Assembly: GCA_964035545.1 (NCBI GenBank) | Contig: OZ037773.1 | Location: 3,749,751-3,813,750 of the forward strand | Direction: 5' to 3' | DNA from: Bugula neritina | Taxonomy: Eukaryota > Animalia > Bryozoa | DNA: 64,000 bases | Part shown: in pieces, positions 49,201-62,200 of the stretch | Layout: each line of letters opens with the position of its first letter | Numbering within the stretch: position 1 is the stretch's first letter | Program-made: the position numbers and the translations under genes | The notes under the pieces: generated by a model | Told to the model about the DNA's origin: nothing | The model's input: only the letters and a program-made list of their open reading frames with translations | Database searches by the model: none

Positions 49201-52200
49201 TTCTAAAAATAATACATAGTTAACATGATCCTTCCAATAATTTTTGTATGTAATAACAGTAAATATTTAGCAACCCCAGAACTTACTAAGAACATTAACT
49301 GCGGTCCTAAGGTTGTTTTGGATGTGACTGTTGAGAAGGAAGATGTCCGACTGAGGTGATATGAAGTCCAGACCGCCGGCAGCGCAGTCTCTGATGTCGA
49401 TGTTGTACGTGGAGGGGGTGTGGTAGGTGGACATGACCGCTGACACTCTCTCGCCATGTAACACCCCTGTAAAGCATCATGATGTAACGTACAGTGACTA
49501 CACTACATTGTGTGTACCTTAAGAACTACTTAGAGTCCCCACACAATAAATATACAGTGTCTACATCAGCAACCTAAGTAACAACCCTGTAAGGCATCAT
49601 GGTGTTACAACATACAGCGTCTACAAGGCAATGCCAAGTAACATAACGCTGTGCTTAGCTTAAAGACTTAAGGACACCTCTGTATAGCATACAGTGTCTA
49701 CATTACATTGTGTGTTCATTAGTAACTTATAGTCACCACACGGTGGTAGTGGAACTACTATTGTATGCAATAAATGGCTAATAGTTTCTTCCAGCTACAA
49801 AAATGTCTGAATAAACTCACAATAAAGATTTATCGGCTAGAGTCCTACTATTTAAACAGGTTAGTAAATGAAACAATAATATAGCAAAAGCTTTAAATTA
49901 AACATTTACTAGAATGAAAACCAAATTGAACACAATTAACTTTCACCTTGAGTTTCAATTTTAACCAGCTATCCTCAATTCCACCAAGTACACAGTAAGC
50001 TGTGAGAACATCCACATACCTGCCCCAACAATCCGCACATTCCTCAGAGCAGACCTGGCTATGCTGTCATCCGACGCTGCCTCCAAAGAGTCGGTAGCGA
50101 ACCTGATGTTCCCCCAGTAGTCGTATTTCTCATCCAGGTTCCTCTCTCCGCATCTCATGAACACAAACTGCCTTTTTTGGCGGCACGTTTCCAGGTTATA
50201 GTTGATTTTCAGTGCACATTCGTGAACATCACTCTCGTGACCTTTGAACCAGACATCAATACACTGATTGGCTAATATCATGAATGAAGTGACTTTTCAA
50301 TAACCTTTGAACCAGACCACATTAGTGATTTTAGAGGCTGATTGGCTAATAATAAATTTCTTTGCCCACTGATTACACTCTATCATGTATGAAGTGACCT
50401 TCTAATGAGAAACTTATTAATACATCCTTTAATAGTAAGCAAAGAGCCCGATACTCTCAATATACCCAATAAGCTATTGATAATAGTTTGGAATGTGTGC
50501 AATAACTTCTCCCAATATTGAACACTTATTGAAATGAAATGAAAGTTATCATGAAGTGTTGAGGATGAATACAGGTGAGTAGAGAGAAGCAAAGGTGGGT
50601 ACAGATGGGTACAGGTGAGTACAAGTGAGTACAGGTGAATAGAGGTGGGCAGAGGTGGGTAGAGGTAAAAAGAGATGAGTACAGGTAGACGCAGGTGAAT
50701 ACAGGTGCAAGTGAAATAATAATGCTCACCTTTGCAGAGAAAGGTTCTCGTCCACATGTCCTTGTAGAGATTTCTGTCTACACCGAATGTGAAATACTCA
50801 TAGAGCTCACTGTACCTTACAGCTACGTTCCCAGGGTAGTGACCCATGCTTCTACAGAACACCTGGAGGAAGAAAAAGACTGTACTATTGGTGACGCAGT
50901 GAATTGGCCAGTAGAATATGATCGTGGAAGTTGACTCATGACTTGAAACATTTTTTAAAACCAGTAAGAAGTAGATCTGACAAAATTATAACTGAACAAC
51001 AGTGGTAAACAAAGCTAGCACTATTTTACTACACATCAACCAACATGATTTGTTTTACAATAATTTAACAGCGGAAGCCCCCCACCTCCGCTGTTCTGTC
51101 ATTGAATTGTGGATCACAGACTAAACTCCAAGCGTTGATGGTGTCATTATAGAGCTGAATGAAGCCCTCCTTCTTGTCCTCCCCTCCACACAGTCTCAGC
51201 CCTTTTATAGCCGTCTGTCTGCACAGACCGTCTGCTGACGTAATATTCGGAGGAGACAAACTTGGTTCCTCTCTTTTCACTCGCCCTAACAATGGATGAG
51301 CTCATGTGACTGTATGACTCAGAATGAAATAATTTCTTCGGCCAATCACCAAATTAGTTGGTAGAAAGACTGTAACTGCTCACCTGATTGGTAGAATAAC
51401 TGTAACCGCTTACCTAATTAGTAGAATAACTGTAACTGCTCACCTGATTGGCTGACTGCAGTTTTCTCAACAGGCAGAAAGCTGATGACTTTCTTACTAA
51501 GTCCGTTGGCCAGCAATCTCCCAAGAACTAGAAAGCCAATGTTTGGGTGGATATGAAAAGTCACGCCTGGTTCAATATTCAGTGTGACGCCTAAAATACA
51601 CACACAGTTATAGATGTAAGAAAATATACGATCACAATAAAACAATGTTTATGTAGCAATTATCAGTAATTTGCATTTGCTTTGGCAAATCACTTTTAAT
51701 CACGAAGATAAAAGCTCTTCTAGTAAATTGATGTCTACTCTTACTCGAAGGAACACTGATATCTTAAGTTACCAGAGGGAACAGTTATGTCTATAGTTAC
51801 CTGAGGGAACAGTGATGTGTATAGTTACCTGAGGGAATACTGATATCTATAGTTACCTGAGGGAATACTGATGTCTATAGTTACCTGGGAGAACAGTGAT
51901 GCCTAAAGTTACCTGAGGGAACAGTGATGTCTATAGTTACCTGAGGGAACAGTTATGTCTATAATTACCTGAGGGAACAGTGATGCCTAAAGTTACCTGA
52001 GGGAACAGTGATGTCGGAGACAACTTCATACGGCGCTGCCCGGTAGGGTATAGTCACAGACTCTGAGATAATTCCCCCTAGAGGGCGCTTCAGACTGAAC
52101 GACACAACTTCCAGTGGCTGGGACGACACCTAATCAGTATATAAAACTATGTTATAGATACAAGTTGGATTACGACTACGCACTATAAAAATGGCAGGAG

Positions 52201-55200
52201 AACAGTAAAACACATTCTACGTTCTGATTGGCTGCGCAAAACTATGGAGCACTTTGATTGGCTGCCCAATATATTTGAACGTACTTGCGAATTAAAATCA
52301 GCAGAGACCAGGAAAGGGGAGTATAACGCAACTGCGTAGTTGTTTCTGTCGTGAAAATCTACAATCTTTTCTCTGATCACTGATTGGTTAGTCGTGGACC
52401 AATAATTTTCTTCCACGTTCACCGAAGCTTGCAACGAGGACGAAGACACGTCAGCAATAAAAGTGTGCTTATACCCGTCATCAAATATGTTACGAGTTGT
52501 GTTCACCTGTAAAATACAACTCGTGACTTTAGCAATAAAATCATAACAGCTATAGCATTGTATAGATAGTATAATATCAACTGCAATAGCATGGTACAGG
52601 TAATATAATACTAACTGCTATAGCATTGTATAGGTAATAAATTACTAATTGCTATAGCATTTATTAGTAATATATTACTAGCTGCTATAGCATGATATAA
52701 ATAATATAGACATTAGTGTTGTAAGACAGCGTCTAAGGCGAATTAAATAGTTCAAACTTGCAATTATCCACTTGAATCATAATTGAGGAGAAAACTCCTA
52801 ATTATCTGGTTATTAGTTATAAAACTGCACACAAGTATACGTAGTTTAACAAACTACCTGCTGTACGCCTCTCAGGGCCATAGTATAGTCCAAGTTTTCA
52901 GTGTCTACGCTATTGGAGTTTGTTATTTGGCTGCTGATAGGCTGATTGGCCTGGAACCGGTTCTTATACACACTAGCAAGATGGTGCACTCCGAACTCAC
53001 TGGTGACAGATAAGATTTAAACATAGCCTTAGTACCAAGTACTAACCACATGAATACGAAGAACTTGGAACTATTATTCTATGAGGATTTGATAAATGTA
53101 AAAAATAACCAATTCACAAAACAAAATGAAAATTTGAGTATTGCAGAAATATTTTACATAAAAGCCAAATGCATCAAGGTAGAGTTGTCTTAGCTGAACT
53201 GAGTTAGACTCAACAACACGGCTTTCAGTCAAAAAGCTAATCTGTACGACAAAAAAACTTAACAAAATTCTCTTGTATTACAAAATCGATTCGTTAGAAT
53301 TGCGGTCATTCAATCTAGTTTTCATCACATTTACAGTACATACCGTTTACAGAAATGACTAATACTTTTAGCTACCTGTATTTAACTACTATGTTCTATA
53401 GTGAACAACTTATTTAAAGAACGCAAACAAGTTTCAACAAAACTTTATAGTAATCATATTAGTTTAGGCTTTCATCATCGCTTTATGCAACTAACTATGC
53501 CAATACATAACCTTCGTGAAAGGCATCAAACAACGACTGAACTATTACAAGATGATTTCAACGAGTTTCTGTGAAAGAGTGCTCAAATTACCGCAAACCT
53601 GAAACATTTCTCACTATAAACGCACCTTAAGCAATGCATGAAAGAGATTAGTAGATTTTATATAATCTTATATTGCAAACTGCACTCTTATAAATGGCAA
53701 TGAAGGTAAAATAACTAATAGAAACTAAGCTAAGATGTCGCATAGATTCACCTGTGACTAGAGATATCAATTTCCAGCATGAACTTCCCTCTGTTGTTGA
53801 TAATTTCATTCTCCGATATCAACATGGCTTTCTCTGTACCATTCAACTCTATCAAGCCTTACAATAAACATCAGCCAATGTTATGCAGCATTACAAACTT
53901 ACAATTTCAATCAGCCAATAAAGTGTACCATTACACATTTAAACTAATAATAAGAGCACCAGAGTCCAAACCAACCTTTATACGCGACGTTATTGTCAAA
54001 ACTGTTCCGGAAGATGGAGAGATTAGCAAACCCGCCTGAGATGACAAATCCAAAGTCCTTGTTGTTCACAAATCTGAATATATAAAATATACTGCAAGAA
54101 CTCCTAACTGATGACAACAAACATTCAGTCGTGTCTAGGCTAGGTATGCAGGTAAAACTGGACCCAATATGCAGGTAAGGTATAGCTGGAAAGTGCCGTA
54201 TACCTGCTTTGGTTGACCTCAACACTATGATTGCCGTTATCGTAGGGGTCAAGGATAAGAGGAAGTTCGATGAGCAGGCCGCCCCACCGGTTGTCCTCGA
54301 TAAGATTGTCGACAAATTTCCACCGCCACATGTTATTGGAGAAGTCAACATGATTGTGCTCAGCCACGATACCTCGTCCTACAAACCGTAGAATAGGTGT
54401 CAACAGATACATTGTCAACAGATACATTGTCAACATATACATTGTCAACAGATACAGTGTCAACAGATACGGTGTCAACAGATACGGTGTCAACAGATAC
54501 ATTGTCAACAGATACAGTGTCAACATATACAGTATCAACAAATACAATGTCAACAGATACAGTATCAACATATACAGTATCAACAGATACATTGTCAACA
54601 GATACAGTGTCAACAGATACAGTGTCAACTCTAATGCTTCATTTCTATTTATAATTTAATCTTTTAGTACATGGCATGCTTTTATATATAAAACTTAAAA
54701 GCATGCCATATAATATATTACATTTATGAAAAAGCACCGCCAAGTACAGTTCACTACATAAGAAACTATATAGTAGTTCTGTCTTTTAAAATGAATAGCC
54801 TCAAAATTTAAAACCCATGTTTAGTGTGTGTTTATTTTAAGATGCAACTAACCGTTAGAAGTGAATGTGCTGTTGTATATCTTGTACGTTATGTTTGCCA
54901 TTCTGTGAGACTGTTCAATGAGTTCTACTGTAGGCATGAACACTTCATTGTATTTGGTTAAACTCGGCACAAATATGGCTTCTTCGGTATTTCCTGTCAC
55001 AGTCACTTGATCTAGCACCACTTGCTCGTACCTGGATACATATAAATAAATTAATGTACAACGCATCTAATATATATTCATTCAAGAATGTTTATGGAAT
55101 TACGCGGCATACTGATACATACTTGACACGCGTAAACAGGTCCATGTTTTCATTGGATGGATTGTTGTAGTGCTTTAGAAGTAGTCCTCTTTTGTTGTTA

Positions 55201-56161
55201 GATGACTCACAATTCTGCAGACGAATAGTGGCCCTGATATTTTGGGGCACAGTGCCAGCAGTGTCCCTCACACTGTCTTCAGCTTCTATAGAAATAAGGC
55301 TATGTTTGACCATGTGATCAAACCTTAATGAAGTTATCTGTACAGTTTCTGAACCAAACAAATAAGAAATTATACAAAAATACAAATGGCTGGTTTGAAA
55401 ACATAAGGTGATTTAAAGTTTGATAAAACGACAGTTTCTTTCAAGCTTACAGTTCAAGAGGATAAAATACACAACATATAGCAATGGTTGCTTGTTTAAT
55501 TGGTTCAGAATAAACCAATTAGAAAGTTGTAGAACTTTACTGTGATAAGCTAAAGCCATTACCCAAGTCCCAACTGTAGTTATATAACGTATAGTATAAC
55601 AGAAATTATGCCAAGAGAAAACAACTTACGGGAGGAAACAGAGAGCATAAGACGACCAGACTTGGTGCCGTTGACAGAGTATTTTAGAGTGAGAGTATCA
55701 CTGGAGGATATGAGGGGCAGGTCCACATTGTCCTCTTCTATAGCTGTAAATGTTGTGGAGCCAATTCTACAAGGGAGAAAATGTGCTGATTATAGTATGT
55801 ATTCTATACACTGCATCCTGTATTCTATACACTACATCCTGTATTCTATACACTATATCCTGTATGCTATACACAAGATCCTGTATTCTATACACTACAT
55901 CCTGTATTCTATACACTATATCCTGTATTCTATACACTACATCCTGTATTCTATACACTACATCCTGTATTCTATACACTACATCCTGTATACTATACAC
56001 TATATCCTGTATTCTATACACTACATCCTGTATTCTATACACTATATCCTGTATTCTATACACTACATCCTGTATTCTATACACTACATCCTGTATTCTA
56101 TACACTACATCCTGTATACTATACACTATATCCTGTATTCTATACACTATATCCTGTATTC

Positions 56162-56225
<64 letters not shown>

Positions 56226-59200
56226 TATACCCCAAGTCATTGTATGACGCTACATAAACATACAAAACGCTGTTTTATTCCCCAATTAAAATAAGCGCTT
56301 TACATTACTTTATTAAAGTATAATAAAATGGATAACTAAGGTTATTGCATTAGAGTGTGGTGTTAGACATACTTGGTCTTGTCGCCATCGTATATGACGA
56401 GTCTCTCAATGTAAGTCTCTGGAGAATAATCTAGAACCTGAATGGTCACTCTCTGGTCGACAGCGGCTGCCTGAATCTCAAACATTATGTCATATTCCTC
56501 TACTCCGCCAGTGTTCATAGCCTGTAGGTACTTGACTTCCCCCACGGTTGATATCTGCTCAAAGAGAAAGTGTAAACTGTAGATACACCAGTCTGCACTC
56601 TGCAGTAAGTGTAAACTGCAGTATGCCACGCTTGTGTATGGACAGAGACTGTATACATAGGAATCTGCATTAGCACATTTGTAACAAAATCTGCAGAAGT
56701 AAGATGAGTAAATAACAAGTGAAATATGCAGAAAAATTATAACTAAAACAGCCAAGAATACAGAAATCATGCACAATATGTCAGGGATGATAATATTTTA
56801 AAACTATCTACATAAAAGCTAAAAATAAAAAGAATGAATCACATGACTATTGATATTTTAGACTATGAATAAAATAGGCATCTAACAGCTTTCACTAATG
56901 TCAGCATGTGATGCACAGAGACGAGACGACTGCATGTTTGGCATTGTCTGTATTCAGACTTGAAACATTGTTAAAAAAAATATCGATTTATACCAGATTG
57001 TAAATATCCATGAAGAATGTTAGCATGTACAAGATGTCTCCTGGACAACTCACTTGAATTATTGTATTGTCGAGGCTCTGATCTATAGAGGTCACGGTTT
57101 CCGATGGTATAGCCTTGCGGACATCAAAGGCGGTCAGCAGTGGAATAGACGGGTCGTAGCTGAACCCCGACTGACTGTTACCAGTGAAAACACAGTCTAT
57201 GAGAGTGAGATAACTGCTTCTTGTACTCAGTCCATCGCCTGCAGTCAAGAAATGTTGTAATAATTTTCGGCAAAACTCTGCACATGCTACCCCAGTACTA
57301 CATTTGCATACTGTATGAATGCTACCCCTTTACTGTACGGACATACTATATAGATGCTACCCCTTCACTACATGTACATACTACATAGATGCCACCCCTT
57401 CACTACATGTACAAACTATATAGATGCTACCCCTTCACTACATGAACATACTACATAGATGCTACCCCCACATAGTACTGTTTTAGTACTCACCCAGGTT
57501 ATGAGAGAAGGTAGATCTAGAAATATTATTGATGAGAGAAATATCCGGAGTTTCCAGCCCAAACGGCTCACTGTAGAGAATACTCATACCTGCGTGTCAA
57601 CAAAAGTGTACAATACTTTACCTGCAAGCTATTATACAATATAATATATATGTATAACTCTACCTGCATGCTAGTACACGCTTTACCTATAGACTAGCTG
57701 TAGCTAGCTTACGATATTCAAATTTTGTATGTAAAAACTTTCAAAATGTCTTCATAACAATACATAGATTCATTTGAAACACTAAATGCTGATGAAAACT
57801 ATCTAACTTCAAATTAGGAAACACAAATGCTTGAAATAACCTAAATCAGTGTGAGAGCCCCTTCGGCCAATCAGCACGAACCTGTGGAAGTTGATTTAGT
57901 GATGGTGAGGTCAGAGAAATAGTGGTAGTTCTTATCCACTTGCAGTGCTGGCACGTACTCATTGGTGAAATAATCCAGAAGCCCCGCCTCCTCTATAGTC
58001 ACATAACTTAGCTCAGATTTGGTGGCAGTGGCTACAATCTTCACTCCTGTACAAGACAGACACAAAGTATGTGAACGAATCAGCAAATAAAATTCAGCAC
58101 AACTAGAACCATTGAAATTTAAATCAATGTACAAAAGACAAATTATATTTACACAAATTAATAACAACCACTGAAAACACTTTCAAATTGCAGGTTTAGT
58201 ATAGACAGTTTATTTTCGAGCAGACAACTCCCACCAGTGATGTAGTAGTATATATATTACCTGCCCAGGTGGGAGGCACACACTTCATGGCAACATCGTC
58301 CTCGTGGGTACAGTCATTGAAGTCCCCATCTCCATCATGTATGCAGTCTCTGATATCACTATCTGACTCCATGCACCTGGGTATAGTGAGGATACGGTGT
58401 GGATACGGTGTGGATACAGTGTGGATACAGTGAGGATACAGTGAGGATACAGTGTGGATACAGTGTGGATATAGTGTGGATATAGTGTGGATACAGTGTG
58501 GATATAGTGTGGATACAGTGTGGATATAGTGTGGATATAGTGTGGATACAGTGCGGATACCGTGTGGATATAGTGAGGATACGGTGTGGATATAGTGTGG
58601 ATACAGTGTTAATACAGTGAGGAGATAGTGTGGATATAGTGTGCATACAGTGTGGATATAGTGAGGATACAGTGTGAATACAGAGATGACAAAATATGGG
58701 ACAGATATTCAAGTCATATTAAATGAGTCATAATGATAAACTAGGTCAAACCTGACGTGGTTGTATAGAATAGCCTGAGCTCTATTATAAGCCTGAGGTC
58801 TCTTTACAATCCAGCTATTAGGTAGGAGAGTGTAGCCAAAGTGCTGACAGACAATAGAGGCCTCTCTCATAGTCCACCCCTAAAATAAAATCTAAATATT
58901 TAAAAAGATTTAACCAATCAAAATCTTTGATACAACATATCATCCAATCAAAGCTGTTGTAAGTATAAAACACAAATACGCAATATAAATTAGAGTAAAC
59001 TTCTTAGTTTAAACTCAAAAAGTAAAAAGAACTTTACGTTTTAACTTTTTATGAAAAAAAAACAGTATGATGGCCGAATGAGATACTCTTAGCCTCAGAC
59101 TTGCCTTATTGCAGACTGTGGACCATTCACCAGTGAGGTTGAGTTCCAGTACCCCCTCAAACTCATTCTCGCCTTCTGTGAACCGTATCCAAAACAGGTT

Positions 59201-62200
59201 AGCCTGGCGCTCCATTTCTACTCGTCCGTTCATTATAATAGGCTGTTCACTAGACCCGACTGCATATATCTTTCCCTTGACTAGCACGCCAACAGTATTG
59301 TCAAATTGCAACTTTGTGCCTGTCAAAATACACTGCCGCAATTACTTACACCAGTCATTGTGTGATTATAACAAAAATGAACAATTATTAATATACATTG
59401 TTGAAGGCAATTCCACATTATTTTGTACGGAAACCCAAGCTAATTTACTTTTAGAAACAGCTTTCCTGTAATCAGGATTTAAACTCGGGCATTTCCCAAC
59501 CAGTAAACATAATTTTGACAACTCCACATAAAGCATCTGGTGAAATTATTCCTCCGCTTTTAAACATTATTATAAAAAAATCTGAACAAAAAAAGCATGT
59601 GTTAGCAGCAACACGTTACCTGGTGATAATTTGAACTCCTTGCTGCTAGGAATATTCACATCAGAGTCGACAATATACACTGTGTCTGGCTCAGATACAA
59701 AGTTACTCTTCAACTTTCCTCCCAGGTGTTTTGTACCTGAAACACCGAAACATACCTGGTAAATGTTCATAGAAACTAAAGACTACCGGATATTTATCTG
59801 CTCGTCACCAGTTCAACACAGCGTCAACTAATGTAATGTCTATTCATATATAATGTAGTATACACACAAACTATTGCTCCGAAATAACTGCTTCCCATAA
59901 AAACAGAAGACAATTTCTTCCAGATTCAACTGCTACAAATACCATTTCTGGTGAGTAGTTTGATGATTCAGAGTTGCTGTAGCACGATCTTCGCTAATAT
60001 ATAAACATACCACAAAAAACTTCGACAAAAATTACATTCATTTACACTATTAGTTTTATTTATACTGTTGGATCAACAAAGAGTCAAATTAAGTTTCTAG
60101 ATACATTATTTTGACTCCTTTTAGAGCGAGGGCCACTGAAATAGAATATTGGAGAGGAGGGTCAGACAACCCTGATTTAGATACATCATATGACCTCACC
60201 GTTCACCAGTCTTTCAAACTCTCTCGGATCTTTATTCCCGTCCCGAGAGTCCTGCTGATCATCCAGGTTGTTAGATTTCAGTGCAGGGTAGAAGTCAATA
60301 GACGCCAAGTTATACCTCACTTCCTGATCTAAGATCTTGCCTGTCGGACAGAATAGTGTCAAACTTGAGTTGCATTCATAGAATAGACTATGTACGCAGC
60401 ACAGACATTACAAAAAACTCCCTGTGAGAAACCCTTGATGGGGCACAGGAGCAACTATGACTGGATGCTCTTATTAACATCACCAATGACCTTTGCTAGG
60501 GCTAGAACCCATGACTTCGTGCCTACTAGGCAAACAGTCTAACCCCTAGACCATGGCTCCTCCCTTTGCACAGACATTACAATATTAGTTATATGTTACC
60601 CTAAGAATTTACAGAACAGCAGAGTGCTCCTAGAATACAGATATATGCACCAACAAACTAAATTGTATGTGACAACCAAAGTAGTATGACTGCATGATGA
60701 TTGGCTAAATAACACTTGAAAACTTTTCATTCTCCCATAACTTAGAAGAATGTCTACAGTGTACAATGCATTTAGTTGGTCCGGATGGTTACATCTCAAG
60801 CAAGTGATGAATGAAAAGAGCTTTCAAAAACAAATCAGTAACGACAGTTTATATCATCAGAGAACCTTACAGCTGATAAACTCACCAACTATACGCTCAT
60901 GATAGGCGCTGGGATCTGTTATAATAGAGGCACCCGAGGCACTGCCCCACCAGTTGAGAGTAGCGTTTATACTGATAGCAGTGTCTGTGCTGTGAGTAGC
61001 GAGTTCCAGCTGAGATGCAGGGTTTACTAGCTCATTGCGATTCAGCTTGATGTTACTACAATAGTAAAATATACCTACACTACAGTAAGATATACTTATA
61101 CTACAGTAAGATATACCTATACTACAGTAAGATATACCTATACTACAGTAAGATGTACCTACACTACAGTAAGATATACCTATACTACAGTAAGATTTAC
61201 CTACACTACAGTAAGTAATATCAATGCCACTGAAAATTATAGAATTAGAACGCAGAAATGACCAAAAATAAAAAAGTATAGCCTGAGTACCTAGATGAAA
61301 TAACGACCACAGCTCTAGCTCTGCTGCGGGGCTTCAGTATTGTCCCGCTGAAGGTTATAGAATTGTCTATCAGCCTGTTGTATCTGAAAATGAGATCCTG
61401 TGCCTGAGTCTGGGTAAGTCGTAGGTTGACTACATACGGTCCTGTGTTCTCCTTGAACCTGGCAGCAAAGTATAATACACCAATCATAGACAACGATACA
61501 TCCCTTTAACCAATAGAGTGACACATTACTAACCGCATGCTGATGAGCTCATTTGAGTACACTATTGCTTAGGAATTATACTAACACAGTGACCTCTACA
61601 CTCACACAATGACTTCTATACTCACACAGTGACTTCTACACTTACAAATTGCTCTCTATAGAGTAATCCACATATTTGTCCAGAAAAGCCCGATTTCTCT
61701 GAAGATCCGCTGTATTGTCTATTAGCAGCACGCCCTTGCTGTGAGAGGTGAAGGTCATATTCTTAATGATGCCGATCATACTCAGCATGGGGCTGACCTT
61801 GATGGCCTGGTAGGCGTTAGCTGACAGCGTGCTGAACTCCATACTGAAGTTCGTCAAACCTAGGAATAGCACCGTGTATGAAAGAGGGGTAAATAATAAT
61901 GAGCAGAAGAGAAAAGTGTATAGAAGAAAAGCTCAGTGAATGGTAGAACACGTTAGAGGTCATTGAGCACATCAGTGTGAGACACTTATATTGATAGAGA
62001 TCAAGGACAGTAACACAATGCGAGATACTTAGACTCAGGATTACACTGTGTCTGTAACTATTTAGCCCTAAAATCTAATTATGATAGAGAGATATGTAGA
62101 GCGCATACCTGATGCTACTCCGTAACATGAGAGTACGTGGACACCCTCCTTCCCATTTCTCGATATAACAGATGACTCGTTGATGACTAGTAACGAGTTG

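Noticed and set aside
51767-52013. Regularly spaced repeats resembling a CRISPR array (also 43135-43335 and 62345-62762)
   Set aside because: Units are head-to-tail with no unique spacers, there are no cas genes, and the context is eukaryotic introns.
54140-58712. Repetitive ORFs (LYLLT, YSIHYIL, YRIQDVV, LYPHCIHT)
   Set aside because: Minisatellite read-through; only their non-repetitive parts overlap true bark exons.
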